Of a DNA stretch of 64,000 nt, positions 29,725-43,130 are shown piece after piece. A program made the translations under genes and the position numbers. The DNA lies in the NCBI RefSeq assembly GCF_009914755.1, contig NC_060929.1. One strand, written 5' to 3'. Numbering within the stretch: the stretch's first letter is position 1; each line of letters begins with the position of its first letter. The stretch is from the human T2T-CHM13v2.0 reference genome, Homo sapiens. The notes beneath the pieces were generated by a model that saw nothing but the letters and a program-made list of their open reading frames with translations, did not search any database and was not told the DNA's origin.

Positions 29725-32597
29725 TCATTCCCTGTCAGTCTCTTTCCTCATTAGGAATCATTTCAACGTCTGATCATGGAAAACATAAAAATTAAATTGT
29801 TAATGTCTTGCTATTTTTTTTTTAAAATTTCATGCAGTTTTCCCGTCCTACCCTATGTAAATTGTTTGCTTTCTTTTTGTTCTTCTCTGAGTGTCTCCTA
29901 TTCTTAGCCTAGTTCAAAAGCCCTTAAAGTCAGGACTATTTATTGTTGTATGGGGGTCAATCTTACTATCTCAATTTATGAATGAAGAAAAAAATAAGAG
30001 AAAATAAAGAGACAAATACAAGAAATGTGAATTAAAATGATATAAATCTAAGGGCTTTTAATATGTTAATTATTTAGTGTTTAAATTATTTTTGAAGGCA
30101 TTCTTTAAACCCAAACCCTCAAATAATGAATAACTAGCATGTTTAAATTTTTAAAAATTTTTTATTTCCATTGTTTTTTAAAATATTTTTTGAATGTTCC
30201 AGTGTTTCTTAATTGTTAATCCCCTGAAGGGAAAGACTCTGTTTAAATCATCATGTAAAGAACAACATGCCAAAGAGAAACAAATATACATTTTTCTGGC
30301 AATTAAAATAGTAATCAAATATTAACTGGTTTTATTACTTTCCTTTTACTTATGGTAGCAAATGGTCAGTATGGTAAGAGGCAAAATGAGTCAGTTATCT
30401 CTGAAGTTTGTTTATCTTATATTTCTCTAACAATGAAACATAAATATGTCTATAGGTTTGAAATTCTAATTCTGAAGCCAGGATTACAAATGTGAAGGCA
30501 ATAGGAGTACCTGCTGAGCATATTCTTCCCAACAAATACATCCAATAGCGCAAAATCACTAGAGATGACTGCTCTCTGTTTATCACATCGGATCTTCTTT
30601 AGATACCAGAATCAGAGATTCTTGATTTCCAGACAAATATGACTGTGGTAATCTTGATTTTAAAAAATAGCACATACCTTTAATTTCTACGAAAATATAA
30701 AATTTGATATTTCTCTCTAGTTCTTATCCCAGTTTCCAAATGACTTTGCCTGTGATGATTATATACTATTAAACTTTGACTGAGGTCTTCCCCAGATGTA
30801 GCTACATGAGTCACTGGTTAAAACATTTCTTTACAGATGTTTGGAAAGTGCTCTGGGAGTTGGTGTAACAGAGGGTGTTTACTTATATGCTGCCTCAAGT
30901 AAATCAGCGACTGTTATTTCATGTACCAGAAGCCTAATGAGCCAATGGTGACTGCAAAATAAAAGCAAACTGGGTGTTATTCATCCCACACATAGCTATT
31001 AGGAAGAAGAAAAACTAGCTGTAGATTATGCTAAGTCAAAACAGCAGAACAACCAATTTTACCGTTTCCTACCATTGCTTTAACAATTGAGTTTAGCACT
31101 TAAGAGGTCACAAAGCAGTTCTGTATCTAACAAATGTTATGTATTAAAATAATTTAAATAGACATCTCTCTTCTTTTGAGAGAAAATGAGATAGTTTCTG
31201 GCAAGAGATGTATTGAGCAGATAACAACTCAGAAAGCAGTCTAAATAGAGGAGAGTGGAGCAAAGGCACAAAGAAGGGGTGACCCTTGATTTCCTCTGTG
31301 TTTCCCTGCAACCCCCTAAGCCCCTTAGTAGCTATTTTCTGCTTGCTATGTAGGTCATTATTATGGCTGGGAGTGCATTAGGGATTCACTTTTTTACTCC
31401 TATATTCTGAGCTGCATTTTTCTTGTACATATACACTTACAAACACAGACATATATACTCTTTTCTAATTATACTGTTATCCTGGAAATTTCCACTTTTG
31501 TGATGAGGATACTAAAAGCACAGAGTAAGGAAAAAGCCACAAGAACTTTCAGATTTTAGGGGGGTGTTTCTCCTTTCTAGACTCCAATGGCTTGGAACTT
31601 CTGTTCTCTTGAGGGAGTAGTGTTTGTGCTGATTGAAGTGACTAAATTTATAAGCAAATTGCTGAGTTGGAGATATGAGAACAGACACCAACACGAGAGG
31701 AGGAAGAGAGAAAAAGCCTCTCACAATGAAATAGTAGCATGTAATTTTTAGAACAGTAAGGGGGGTATCAAAAAGTGGAGAAAAATACAAATATTTGAGG
31801 GAAATGGAACAATACCTCTACTTGATTAATCAAAGGTGGGTTTAGTCCACACATTTGTGATACACGCAGAGGCACACAAACATTCAAGCTCACATTACCA
31901 ATGAGGGAATGTCAGTTACTTTTAAATGTTTTTACTTCACTATCAATAACCAAAATTAGTGCTCTGATTGTGGCTTCAATGTCAAAATATTGGGGGAAAA
32001 ATCAGAACTGTTGTGCCAAATTGTGCTTTCTTGTTTCAGGTTCACTGGTCCACTTGTGAATTCCTTAAGAGAGCCAAGGATTTGAAACTCAGTTGGCATG
32101 AGTGAAAAGGTGTGCCTTTCCTTGATCCTTGTTTTTCCGAGGTTGTGGACAGTCATGATCTTTTCATTTTATGTGATCTCATGGGTGAGAGAACTGCACA
32201 CCTGCTTGGCTCACACTAAACTACATTTTTTAAAAGCCTAAATACATAACAGATGCACCAGAGGATTTATTCTGGGAGGAATTTGCTTATAAATTCAGAC
32301 AATTAACACAAACAGCACAGTCATAATCTTATCCCTATGCCGTAATTACGGTATAGATTAAGTTGGCATTGTGTATTCCTTATGGAAATGAATCCAATAT
32401 GTTTTATTCATATTTATTAGATGTGCTCAATAAAACATATTGCACATATATTTAAAATACGAGACAGTTTTATACATGCTATTGGAAATATAACCTAGTT
32501 AAATATTTCTAATGATAGTAACAGTGTTGACAGGTGATATTCTGTTTGCAAATCTTTCTAGAACTTATCAGGACCACCAAATCTGTCAGACACTCTT

Positions 32598-32897
<300 letters not shown>

Positions 32898-33734
32898 TGT
32901 CAGACACTCTTGAAACCTACTTCCTCCAGGAAACTTTCCTCAACTAAATCGAGTGATGCTGAAGCCCTTGACATAGAAATTCCTCAAATCCTCTTTCTTC
33001 ACGGTCCCTCTAAATGCGGCTTTACAAAATCAAAATGCTTCATTTACTCCTTCTGATTTTCCTCAGAGTAATTATTGTGTGTCATTGCTCTTGTTTGAGA
33101 CAGTAGGTTTCACAATCACAGTGTCTCAAACTTACTCATTAGTGTAATGCCAAATGTTTACTATATTCAAGTATCTATTGTAATATGTTATAAATTTCAC
33201 AAAATTGGCTAATTTTTATATTTAAGTCATTTATTTAAAAGGGACATTTTAATTACTACTATACATCTGAAATTAGTATTTTTCATAAATGAAAGATAAA
33301 TATAAAAGTAAAACAATAAAAACATAATAATGTAATTAAATTCCACCTTGAAACCTTCGCCAGAGGAAGCTAATTTAATGCCTGATTCCCAATTGTCAGA
33401 AAGGACATAAGAAGGGTTAAATGTTAACGACTTAATAGTAACAGGCATAGGCTTGCCTCTGATGTAAACTGAGAGAATAAAAAAGCAATCTTAATACTTA
33501 CAAAGAATTCTTAGGAAGAACAAAAATTAAAAAGGAGTAACTTTCTCACCATTTTTTAGTAATGTACTTGTATTACTGACTACAGTCATCTTATGTACCA
33601 TCACTGTAGTGAGTCACACATTTGAGGATCTTCTGCCTTGCTGATGTGCAGTATTATGTCATCTGTAAAGTATACAATATGATATAAAATATAGACAGTA
33701 ACTTTTTTATACAGAAAAAAATATAAAAGGAAGT

Positions 33735-33972
33735 CCACTAATGTGAAGTTCAAAAACACTCTAATACATGGTAATAGGAGTCAAATTAGTGGTTACTTTT
33801 GTGGGTTAGTTCATGACAGCAGATATTCAGGACACTTCTGCAGTGGGGGGTGGTAATATTCTATATCTCAGTCTGGGTAGTAGTTACATGATTGTGTTTG
33901 CTTTGTGAAAATACATTCTGCTGTACACAGTATATGTGCACATTTATGTTGTGTGTTATGTGTCAATAAAAT
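33735..33972 (+). mobile_element. L1ME-type 3'UTR end
   Basis: AGTGGTTACTTT..GGTAATATTCTATATCT..CTGGGTAGTAGTTACATG..TCAATAAAA. Confidence 0.7.
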
Positions 33973-34059
33973 ATTATTTAATACAATAATAATAAAAAGA
34001 TATACTTGCTTACTTAGGAAGAAGTTCACAGACAGGATGGCATCATGATAAGTAAACTC

Positions 34060-34449
34060 CAGTGGTGTGTTAAAGATGGCTTGTACGGGCTTGTGAGAAT
34101 TACCAGCTAATCTTCTGGAGTTTTGTAAGCTGGCTATTAAACACAGCCATTGCCCAAAATCAAATTATATAAAATCATGTTAAAATTAAAGGTAATAAAT
34201 ATAACTCATTATTTCCTAATTATTATACTATTGTTTATATTCTTGAAGTTATTTACTTCTAAATTCTATGGTGAAAATACCATGTAATGTACTACTCCAC
34301 ATCTTTGCCCAACTCTGCTTAGTGACATCAAGGTTGTTACCTTAAATCTGCCATGCAGAGAGTATTTCCACCGCAAAAGTTATCAAACAATATAAATTAG
34401 GGCATCCTTTACATCTAAAGAGCCAATTGTTAAACATAGCACAACACTG
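34060..34449. mobile_element. MER63B-like hAT-Blackjack element
   Basis: TIRs CAGTGGTGTG..CACAACACTG; shares internal motifs with the 27660 element. Confidence 0.75.
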
Positions 34450-34496
34450 CTACATACAGTGTTTGAACAATGACATCAAAAAATCAAAGACATTTG

Positions 34497-34780
34497 CCTG
34501 AGGTCTTACTCATGAATTCCTTGCCTAGACTATTGTCCAAAAGAGTTTTGTCTAGGATTTTCTCTAATATTTTTATAGTTTCAGGTCTTACACTTAAGTC
34601 TTTAATGCATCTTGGGTTGATTTTTGTATATGGTGAGAGATAAGAGTCCAGTTTCATTTTTCTGCATAAAGAAATTATTCTGGTGCTGAACACACAAAAA
34701 GCCCTGACATCACCACTATGCACTACAGTCATGTAACAAAATTATATTTGTATCCCATGAATTTTTACAAGTAAAATTTT
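34497..34780 (+). mobile_element. L1PB-type short insertion with 5' inversion
   Basis: Minus-strand ORF2 piece ([44 protein letters not shown], 34497-34668) joined to a plus-strand L1PB 3' end (AAAAGCCCTGACATCACCACTATGCA..CATGTAACAAAA); candidate TSD 34482-34496 and 34784-34798. Confidence 0.75.
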
Positions 34781-34798
34781 TTTAATTAAAAATGTTTG

Positions 34799-35210
34799 TA
34801 ATACATACAACTAATACAAAAACTGATATCAAGAATATGCAAAAATCTCTATAAGTCAATAGAAAAAAAAGATAGACACCCAAATAGAAAAATAGGCAGA
34901 AGGCCTGAACCTTGCAAAAATGTATATATGTGATCAAAAAGTATGAAAATATGTTATACTTCATCAGTCATTAGGAAAATGTAAATTAAAATCATAGTGA
35001 GATACAAATATAAATGCACTGGAATGGCTAAAATAAAAAAAAAAAAACTGAAAAATCTAAATGTTGGTGGCATTGTGGAGCAATTACAACTTTTATACCC
35101 AACTGATGAAAGTGTAAATTTGTACAATACACATGGCAGGACTTTTATAAAGCTACACATATGAAAACCCATGACCTAGAAATTCCCTTAGATTATACTC
35201 AATAAGAATG
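34799..35210 (+). mobile_element. L1ME-type ORF2 3' fragment (host of the L1PB insertion)
   Basis: CCAAATAGAAAAATAGGCAGAAGGCCTGAAC..CAGTCATTAGGAAAATGTAAATTAAAA..GAATGGCTAAAAT. Confidence 0.7.
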
Positions 35211-35444
35211 TTCACATATCCAAATGGACCTAACAGACACATAAAGAAATTTCCAGACAATATCAGCAGAATACACATTCTTCTCAATCTCATATGGCAC
35301 ATTCTCCAGGATAGATTACGTGTTATACCACAAGTCTTAAATATAAGATATTGTACCAAGTATCTTCACATATCAGTAACAGAAATAAAACAGAAAAATT
35401 TAAAAACATGTAGAAACTAAACAACACGCTCTTGAACAACAAAG

Positions 35445-35536
35445 AAGATGCACAAAGAGCATTTGACAAAATTCAACATTGCTTCATGAAAAAAACCTCC
35501 AAAAAGGTAGACATTTTATAAATGAAATTATAAAAC
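35445..35536 (+). repeat. 92-bp dispersed direct duplicate of 36498-36590
   Basis: AAGATGCACAAAGAGCATTTGACAAAATTCAA..GGTAGACATTTTA..AAATGAAATTATAAAAC occurs twice, with 3 substitutions and 1 indel by eye. Confidence 0.93.
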
Positions 35537-37604
35537 CACTGGATAAATGATAAAATAAGAATATTTTAAAAAATGTGATTCTAAAATACAAATACAGCCT
35601 ACCAAAACTTATGGGGTGCAGCAAAAGCAGTACTAAGAGGCAAGTTTATACTGCTAAGAACCTAGATTATTAAAGAGAAAAAAATCTAAATTTAAAACAA
35701 CTAACTTTATACCTTAAAGAACTAGAAAAGCAACAAGTTAAACAAGGAAATATTGAAGATTAGAGCAAAAATAAATGAAATAGAGGCTGGAAAAGCAACC
35801 GAAAAAAACAATAAAACTAAGTGTAGTTTTAAAAAAAATAATAGTTTTTAAAAAAATAATATTGACAAACCATTAGATAGGCTATAAAGAAAAAAATTAT
35901 TTAAAATCAGAAATAAAAAGATATTACAATGAATGACACAGAAATGAAAAGAATAAGAGAATATCATAAACAATCATATGCCAAAATATTAGGTAAACTT
36001 AAAAAATGACAAATTCCTGAAAACATACAACCTATGAAGACTAAATCAAGTAGAAACAGAAAGCCTGAATAGACCAAAACAAGCAAGGAGTTGAATCAGT
36101 AATCAAAATCCTCCCAACAAAGAAAATTCCAAGACCAGATAACTTCCCAGCTGAATTCCACCAAACATTCAAAGGATAATTAATATCAAACCTCCTTAAA
36201 CACTTCCAACAAAATAGATAAAGAGTGAACATTTTCCAACTCATTTTATTAGAAAAGCATCATGCTGATTCTGAAGCCAGACAGAAACGACATACATAAA
36301 AACTGTTGGTCAATGCCCTTGATGAATAAAGATGCAAAAATCCTAGCAAACAAAATTCAATAGCACGTTAAAAGAATGAGGCATCATGTTTAACTGGGAT
36401 TCATCCTTTGGATGCAAGTTGTTTCAACATGAGAAAATCAATCAATATGATACACCATAGTAACAGAATGAAAGACAAAAACCACATGATTATCTCAAAG
36501 ATGCACAAAGAGCATTTGACAAAATTCAATATTGTTTCATGAAAAAAACCTCCCAAAAGGTAGACATTTTAATAAATGAAATTATAAAACATTAATAATT
36601 TTTTTAAAGATACAAATAAGTGAAAAGACATTTCATGTTCATGGATTGAGCACAATTAATATTGTCAAAATATCCACATTGGTCTTTCACAGGTTGCCAA
36701 GAACAGACAATAGAGGAAAGAATAGTCTCTTCAACAAATGGTGTTGGGACAACTGGATATCCCCATGCTAAAATATGAAATTGGACTCTATCTCACACCA
36801 TACACAAAAGTCAACTCAAAATGCATTGAACACTTACATATAAAACTTGAAACTGTAGAATTCCTAAAACAAACAAAACAAATAGGATAAACTTTCTTGA
36901 TATTAGTCTTGGTAATCACCATTTGGATATGACACCAAAAGCACAGGTAATAAAAGCAAAAGTAGACAAGTGGGATTACATTAAAAGTCTTCTGAATAGC
37001 AAAGGAAATGATCAACAAAATGAAAAGACAACATATTGAATATTTGCGAAAAGTATTTGCAAATAATATATCTAGTGAGGGATTAATATCCAAATATATA
37101 AGAACTCATACAACTTAATACCAACAGTACAAATAACCCAACTTAAACATGTGCAAAGGACCTACATAGGCTTCTTAAAAGAAGAAATTTAGATGGACAA
37201 CTGGCATACTGAACGGTACTTAACATCTCTAATTATCATGGAAATGCAAACCAAATCCGTAATGAGATACCACCTCATAGCTGTTAGAATCACTATTACA
37301 AAACAGATAAATATATCAAGTGTTGGTGAGGATGCAGAGAAAAGGGAACCCTTGCATACTGTTGAGGGGAATGTAAATTAGTACACCATTTATGAAAAAA
37401 ATATGAAACGTCCTCAAAAAATTATAAATAGAACTACCATATGATCCAGCAATTCCACTTCTGGGTATATCCAATGGAAGTAATGTCACTATCTGAAAGA
37501 GGTATCTGCATTTCCATGTTCGTTGCATCATTATTCACAATAGCCAAGGCATGGAAACATTCTAAATATCTTCTGATGGATGAATGCAGGAAAAAAAACA
37601 CAAA

Positions 37605-37608
<4 letters not shown>

Positions 37609-37650
<42 letters not shown>

Positions 37651-37657
37651 TGTGTGT
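37609..37657. repeat. (TG)n microsatellite
   Basis: About (TG)19 perfect, plus an interrupted extension. Confidence 0.97.
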
Positions 37658-38003
37658 ATTATTCAGCCTTTAAAACGGGTGGAAATCCTTCCATTTGCAA
37701 CAATAATTGGAGTGGGAGGACATTATGCTAAGCAGAAAAGGTAAGACACAGGAGGAAATACTGTACAATCTCTCTTATATGTGGAATCTAGCAGAGTATA
37801 GTCATAAAGAAGAAAGTAGAATTATGGTTTCCAGGTAAAGGGGTGGAGAGGAATAGACTGATATTGGCCAAAGGGTGTAAAGCTTTAGTTATGCAAGGTG
37901 AATAATTTCTGGAGATGTAATGCTGTGCATGGTGACAATAGTTAAAAATACTGTATTGTATACTTGAAATTTGTTAAGAGGATGCATCTTAAATTAAGTC
38001 TCA

Positions 38004-38004
<1 letters not shown>

Positions 38005-38036
<32 letters not shown>
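38005..38036. repeat. (CA)16 microsatellite
   Basis: Read directly from the sequence. Confidence 0.97.
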
Positions 38037-38038
<2 letters not shown>

Positions 38039-39279
38039 TGGTAACTATGCAGAGATGATAGGTATGTTAATTAGGTGGAATGTGGTGATCATTTTACAAT
38101 GTATACATATATCAAAACAAAAAGTTGTACACTTTACACATACACCATTTTATATGTCAATTATACCCTAATAAGCCATTGAAAATGAATAAATATAAAA
38201 ACAAACTCAAAAAAATGACGAGCACAAGAAAGACGTTTCTCAATTCTCTCTTTAAGGATTGAAGAGGACATTCTCACAACTCTACAGCTATTTTATCCTT
38301 TTATATTATTTGTCAGAAGTGTCTACATGCTTATTCTATTAAGGAAATGGTATTTTCTTAATTCCAGTTCAAGTAATAGGCCAGAATGGAGTAGTCTTCA
38401 ACCTTTAAGCTATTTAACAATGCGGGGGGATAGAATAGATATTAGAGAATCACTTCCAACACCCAAGCCATTTTGCTGCTTTCTGGTGGACACTTTTAAC
38501 TTGTGGCCCATACTTAAAGCCACATTTTTACATCTAGAAATTTCTCAGCACAAACCATATCACAGTTTACATCATAATGTAAAGCAGTGATTCTCAGTTC
38601 CTTCAGAACCAATGATCCCTTCAATGTCTTGAATGAACTCCACATTTCTTTATCTCACCTTCTCGGATCAGTTTAAAGTTTCAATATAACTTTCTAATAA
38701 TTGAAGAAAAATAATTTATAGTAAAATAATGTTTTATTATTAAAACATATAGGAATAACTACATTAGTTGACATAATGAAGTAGCCAGATGCTTGACGGC
38801 ATTTTATGATGAATAAAGTTGTTTTTAGGGGAATAAAAATAATAACCAATAGAATATTTTGACACCTTTTCTTTATACTTGACATTTTAATGTGAGGACT
38901 ATATAAGCACATGACTATGCAAGCTATGATTGAAAATTGATACAGGTGACTTAAATGGTTATGGCAAGTTAAATACCATGAGTAGCAATGCCTTGAGCAA
39001 AGAGATCTTTGAAATGGTGAACAACTTTGGAAAAATTTCCAAAAAAAACAAATTGCAATCTTCTATTGACCTACCCAGTGTTATATTTCTGGAGAAATTA
39101 ACATATATTAAAACTTACACAAATCCTTCTTTTTATATGGAAAGCAGAGTGTTAGACTTGAGGCTTGTAAAATTATTAACAGGTGGTTTTCTTTGATAAT
39201 CTCTAGTGAAAATTTCAAAAGTCTCATAGCACACAAGTAATTTATGGCTAAAATAATCTCAATATTATTTAAGACACTA

Positions 39280-39400
39280 TCCCTGGACACTACACTAAAT
39301 GCCAGAAGTCACTCACAAACATTTTGATAATCAAAAATGCCCTCACAGATTTCTAAAATGTCCCTAGGGCCATTTGCAACAGGGTTGTAAAAAACACTCT
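39280..39400. mobile_element. MER20-like hAT-Charlie fragment
   Basis: CACTAAATGCCAG..GATAATCAAAAATGCCCTCACAGATTTCTAAAATGTCCC. Confidence 0.45.
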
Positions 39401-42400
39401 AAAAATGAAATGAACTTAGATCTTTGAGTTAGAGAGTCTTGGTTTTAATTCCTTATCCTATCCCTCTTGGTTGTGTGGACTTGATAAAATTAATTCGAGG
39501 TCTTAATTTTCTTCTGTGAAATAGAAACTGTATCCCAGGATTTTTTTTTAATGATTAATGAGGTTACTAGGCACTGAATAGGTACTCCCAAGTAGTTACT
39601 TCTTATTTCTCTTCACTTCTGTTTTTCTTTCCATATTACTGTACATTATTCTTTCCAGCATATTTATTTCATAAGAGGCTATCACCAAGAGGGGAAATTA
39701 TAAATCAAAAATATACTCTAATCCAGTATAGGAGAAGACATTGGCAACCATGTGGAAAAATATGGAAGGATAAAATTGATTGCACTTGTTTTTCTTAAAA
39801 AGAGATGGTTGAAGCAGTCAATTTGATAACTCCTATACCTAAATATAACTCTTTCTTTAGCTCTTAAACTAGTAAATAAATTAAACACTGTACTTGGAAC
39901 AAAGGCCCAGGCCATGTAAATGGCACCTCTACACAGGACATAGATAATATCATTAGAGCAATATTTTTTGAAATAGCAATGTCCAAAAAAAAGGCTTGGA
40001 TAAGTAACCACACAAACCCACCTCCTAGAAATACGTTGAAGTAGTTTTTAGTTTATGTGTGCAGTGAGTTAGGAAAGGAGCTATTAAGCCAATTTTGTCT
40101 TGTTAAAAATTCACAGATTTAAAGGGGTGCAAACCAGAATATAGCAATGCCAGTTTCTTCTACGTAAGTTGATTAGGAAATCTTGATTGATGGCCTAAAA
40201 ATTACTAGGATTATTCTTTGGAAAAGCTATAAATATTTCTTCCATGTTCTCAAATGGCAAAAAGGTCTTTTATTTGCTATAGTTGAAGTAAGTCTTCTAC
40301 GTGGATGGCTGCATACATTTGGAAATTTGAAGAACGTAAGCATAACACACGAAGGTTGCCAAAAAGCCCCATAACACTATTGCACTAAATATTAAAGTAT
40401 TCACATGAGAGTTTCACAATTGTTTCCTCACTTCCTCCATTACTTTAAAATTAGGTAAGATGCTGTTTTAATAATTAATTTCTTGGAAACAAGATATATT
40501 AGTCCTAGATTTAATACAATGAAGCCACATTTAAGACTGGGTTATATTTCTAAGGCTAATATCATTGGTATGATAAAAATAACCCTCAAACATTTCTTGA
40601 TCCTTATTGAAGGTGCTACAGTGAATACTGGCGCTTTGTTGCTCGTTTTTCCCCATGGGTTGGAATACAACCCTGCTTTTTTGATGGAGAGGTACGTGAT
40701 CTACTTTTCTTGCAGCTAGGGTTTGTTTTGTGTGAAATATACACATCTTAAAATACTGAAATCATATTTAATCTGTAAGAGATGTTCATATAATGAAAGA
40801 AATTACAAACTGAGGCTCACTGGAGAAACAACAGATTTATGGTTTCTAGAAATAAATTTAAATAAATAAGTATAAAAGCTCTTTAAAAATAAAGATTATT
40901 GAATCCCACAAAATATATCCTCAATTAAAGGGAAGATGGTATTTTCATCTAAAGGAAGACTCACTGTCTTAAAGAGATCACTGTTCAAGCTCCAATAAGC
41001 ATTGGTAAAAATTAATAAATTGGTTACAAAATTTATGTGAAGGTATAAATGTCCAAAATATCCCATATTAAAAACAAGGAAGGAGAAATTGATTTCTAGA
41101 TATCAGCTCTTTTTCTAAAACTAGATAATTAAACTTATGCTATATTAAAACAGAAAAAGTGACAGATGACATAGAATTCAGAAACATATCCATGTATGTG
41201 ATAAAATCATGGAATATGGGTAGATATTACAAAGAATGATTTTTGACAGTTATTTTCCTTCAGTATTTGATAAACATGTGCTGCATCCTTCTGGCCTGTA
41301 TGGTTTCAGATGAAAAATCTGTTGTCATCCAAATTGTCAATCCTTTGTAGGTAATGCATAGATTTTTTCAAAGAAACAACATTATAGCAGTTTAAATGAA
41401 TGAGATATATATCAGTTTGAATAGTTCTCAAGAACTCACTGTTGACATGAAAAACAATTCAACAGTGAAAAACTATATACATTTTAATAGAATTTACATA
41501 CAGATAATACTTTTGAAACAAACTACATTGAGTGTGTGTATGCATATATCTAAAATTATTAAAGTGACTCAGAAATTTCCATACAGATTTTTTTTTTATT
41601 GTAGAAGCCCCTCTGGGTAGAAGAGAAACAATGGGATAGACAAAGGGAGAAAAATGTTGACTTTATTTGTAATGTTTGATTTGTTCTCTAAATCAGATTT
41701 GAGGAAAGTCTTATGATTCTTTTATTCTGAGCAGAGCACACAGGTATATATATTATTTTTAGGTTCCTATTTTTTTCTTGTAAATATCTAAAAAATGGAA
41801 GTTTCCACTTGTGCATATTCTCATTTCAAACTGATCTACTAATGGTAATTGTGATACATAATTAAAATATTAAACTTTATACCACCTATAAAATATGTTC
41901 TAGAGAACCTCAAGCAGTTCAACGGACATATTTGGGCAAATTTTTGTGCCAAAGATGTAGGAGCTGGGCTTTGGAATATACTACAGGTTATTCTGTTGGT
42001 CAAAATGTGGACATTTTTGCTGAGAGCAGAGAGGTGTAATTAACCGTGGCTCTCTCAGAACTATAATTCTGTCTCCAGGTGTCTAGAAAAGGTATGCTTA
42101 AAATTAAAAGGAGAAATCTTACGATAATAGGTAATTTACTCTCTTACTATAAATTACAGAATTAACCTCCAAATCTGTTTTTTCTCCACATAAACTACAG
42201 TAGGCAGTATTCTTTAAAAGTTATATTCTGTGAAGCAGTGAATTATAGGGTTTCTAAAACTACTAGCTATCATCATTTTTAGAAACATACAACTCTCTTC
42301 ACTAATGCAACTGTACTTACCCAAAGTTAAAATATTATTTATTTAGGTGTTGAAAAATTTATATAGATGCTTCTTTGCCAACCCATATCATTTACAGACC

Positions 42401-42707
42401 TATGGTAATGTGGTGACATTTTGATTTAGGCATATAAAAATTTCCCTTTATTAGATATTTTAAATAAAGTAAAGAAAAACTTCTGGAAGAGAGTTTTATT
42501 TTTGAGGCTTCTGACAGTTGTAAATCTCAGCAACATTTACCTTGTAAATTTCCTATGCATATGAGGAGATATCATTTTTCAAGTGTAGAGGCTACAATAC
42601 CCTCACAGTGAATGTATGATGCTTTGCACACATTAGATCTAGTTTACTTTGTAAAATAATCATGTCTTTTGACCTGTTATATTAACTTAATGTCAGGGAC
42701 TTCTAAG

Positions 42708-42737
42708 TTCCCTACTGAGCTTTCCCTACTGAGCTTT

Positions 42738-42778
<41 letters not shown>
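42708..42778. repeat. 14-bp tandem duplication followed by a T37 homopolymer
   Basis: TTCCCTACTGAGCT twice (42708-42735); T run 42742-42778. Confidence 0.95.
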
Positions 42779-42780
<2 letters not shown>

Positions 42781-42859
42781 CAAAGGATTAGAGAAAGATG
42801 TAAAAAGAGGAAGGAAATTGAGAAAACTTGCCTTATGGGGTAGCAAACAACGAATGAAA

Positions 42860-43130
42860 ATAAAAAGAAAATATCTTACACTTCTATAGCTCTTAGAAGA
42901 AGGAGACACTGTTTTAAGTAATTTACAAAATGTTCCTTTATTTTCACGGCCACTCTCTGAGATGGACACATTATTACAGTATTCCCATTTTACAAATGAG
43001 GAATTAGATCACAAAGAAGTTTAGAAACTCGACCAAGATCACACAGCTCATATAGTAAACAAAGAAGCTGAGATTTGAACCCAGGCATTTTAACTCCAGA
43101 GTTCATATTTTTGGTTGCTACACCATATTG
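42860..43130 (-). mobile_element. MIR
   Basis: ATTCCCATTTTACAAATGAGGAA..CCAAGATCACACAGCT..GATTTGAACCCAGGCA..ACTCCAGAG. Confidence 0.85.

Larger units (their letters stand above)
35211..38195 (+). mobile_element. L1MA8/9-type LINE-1 (ORF2 with internal deletions plus 3'UTR)
   Basis: EN-end, RT and C-terminal remnants ([21 protein letters not shown]); 3'UTR GGTAACTATG..GATAGGTATGTTAATTAG..GTCAATTATACC. Confidence 0.85.

Noticed and set aside
32040-32109. Possible plus-strand exon (TTTCTTGTTTCAG|..AAG|GTGTGC)
   Set aside because: Stops in all three frames and a weak donor; a non-coding exon cannot be supported without transcript data
35823-35860. Short tandem TAGTTTT(T)AAAAAAA(A)TAA twice
   Set aside because: Ordinary slippage in A-rich L1 sequence
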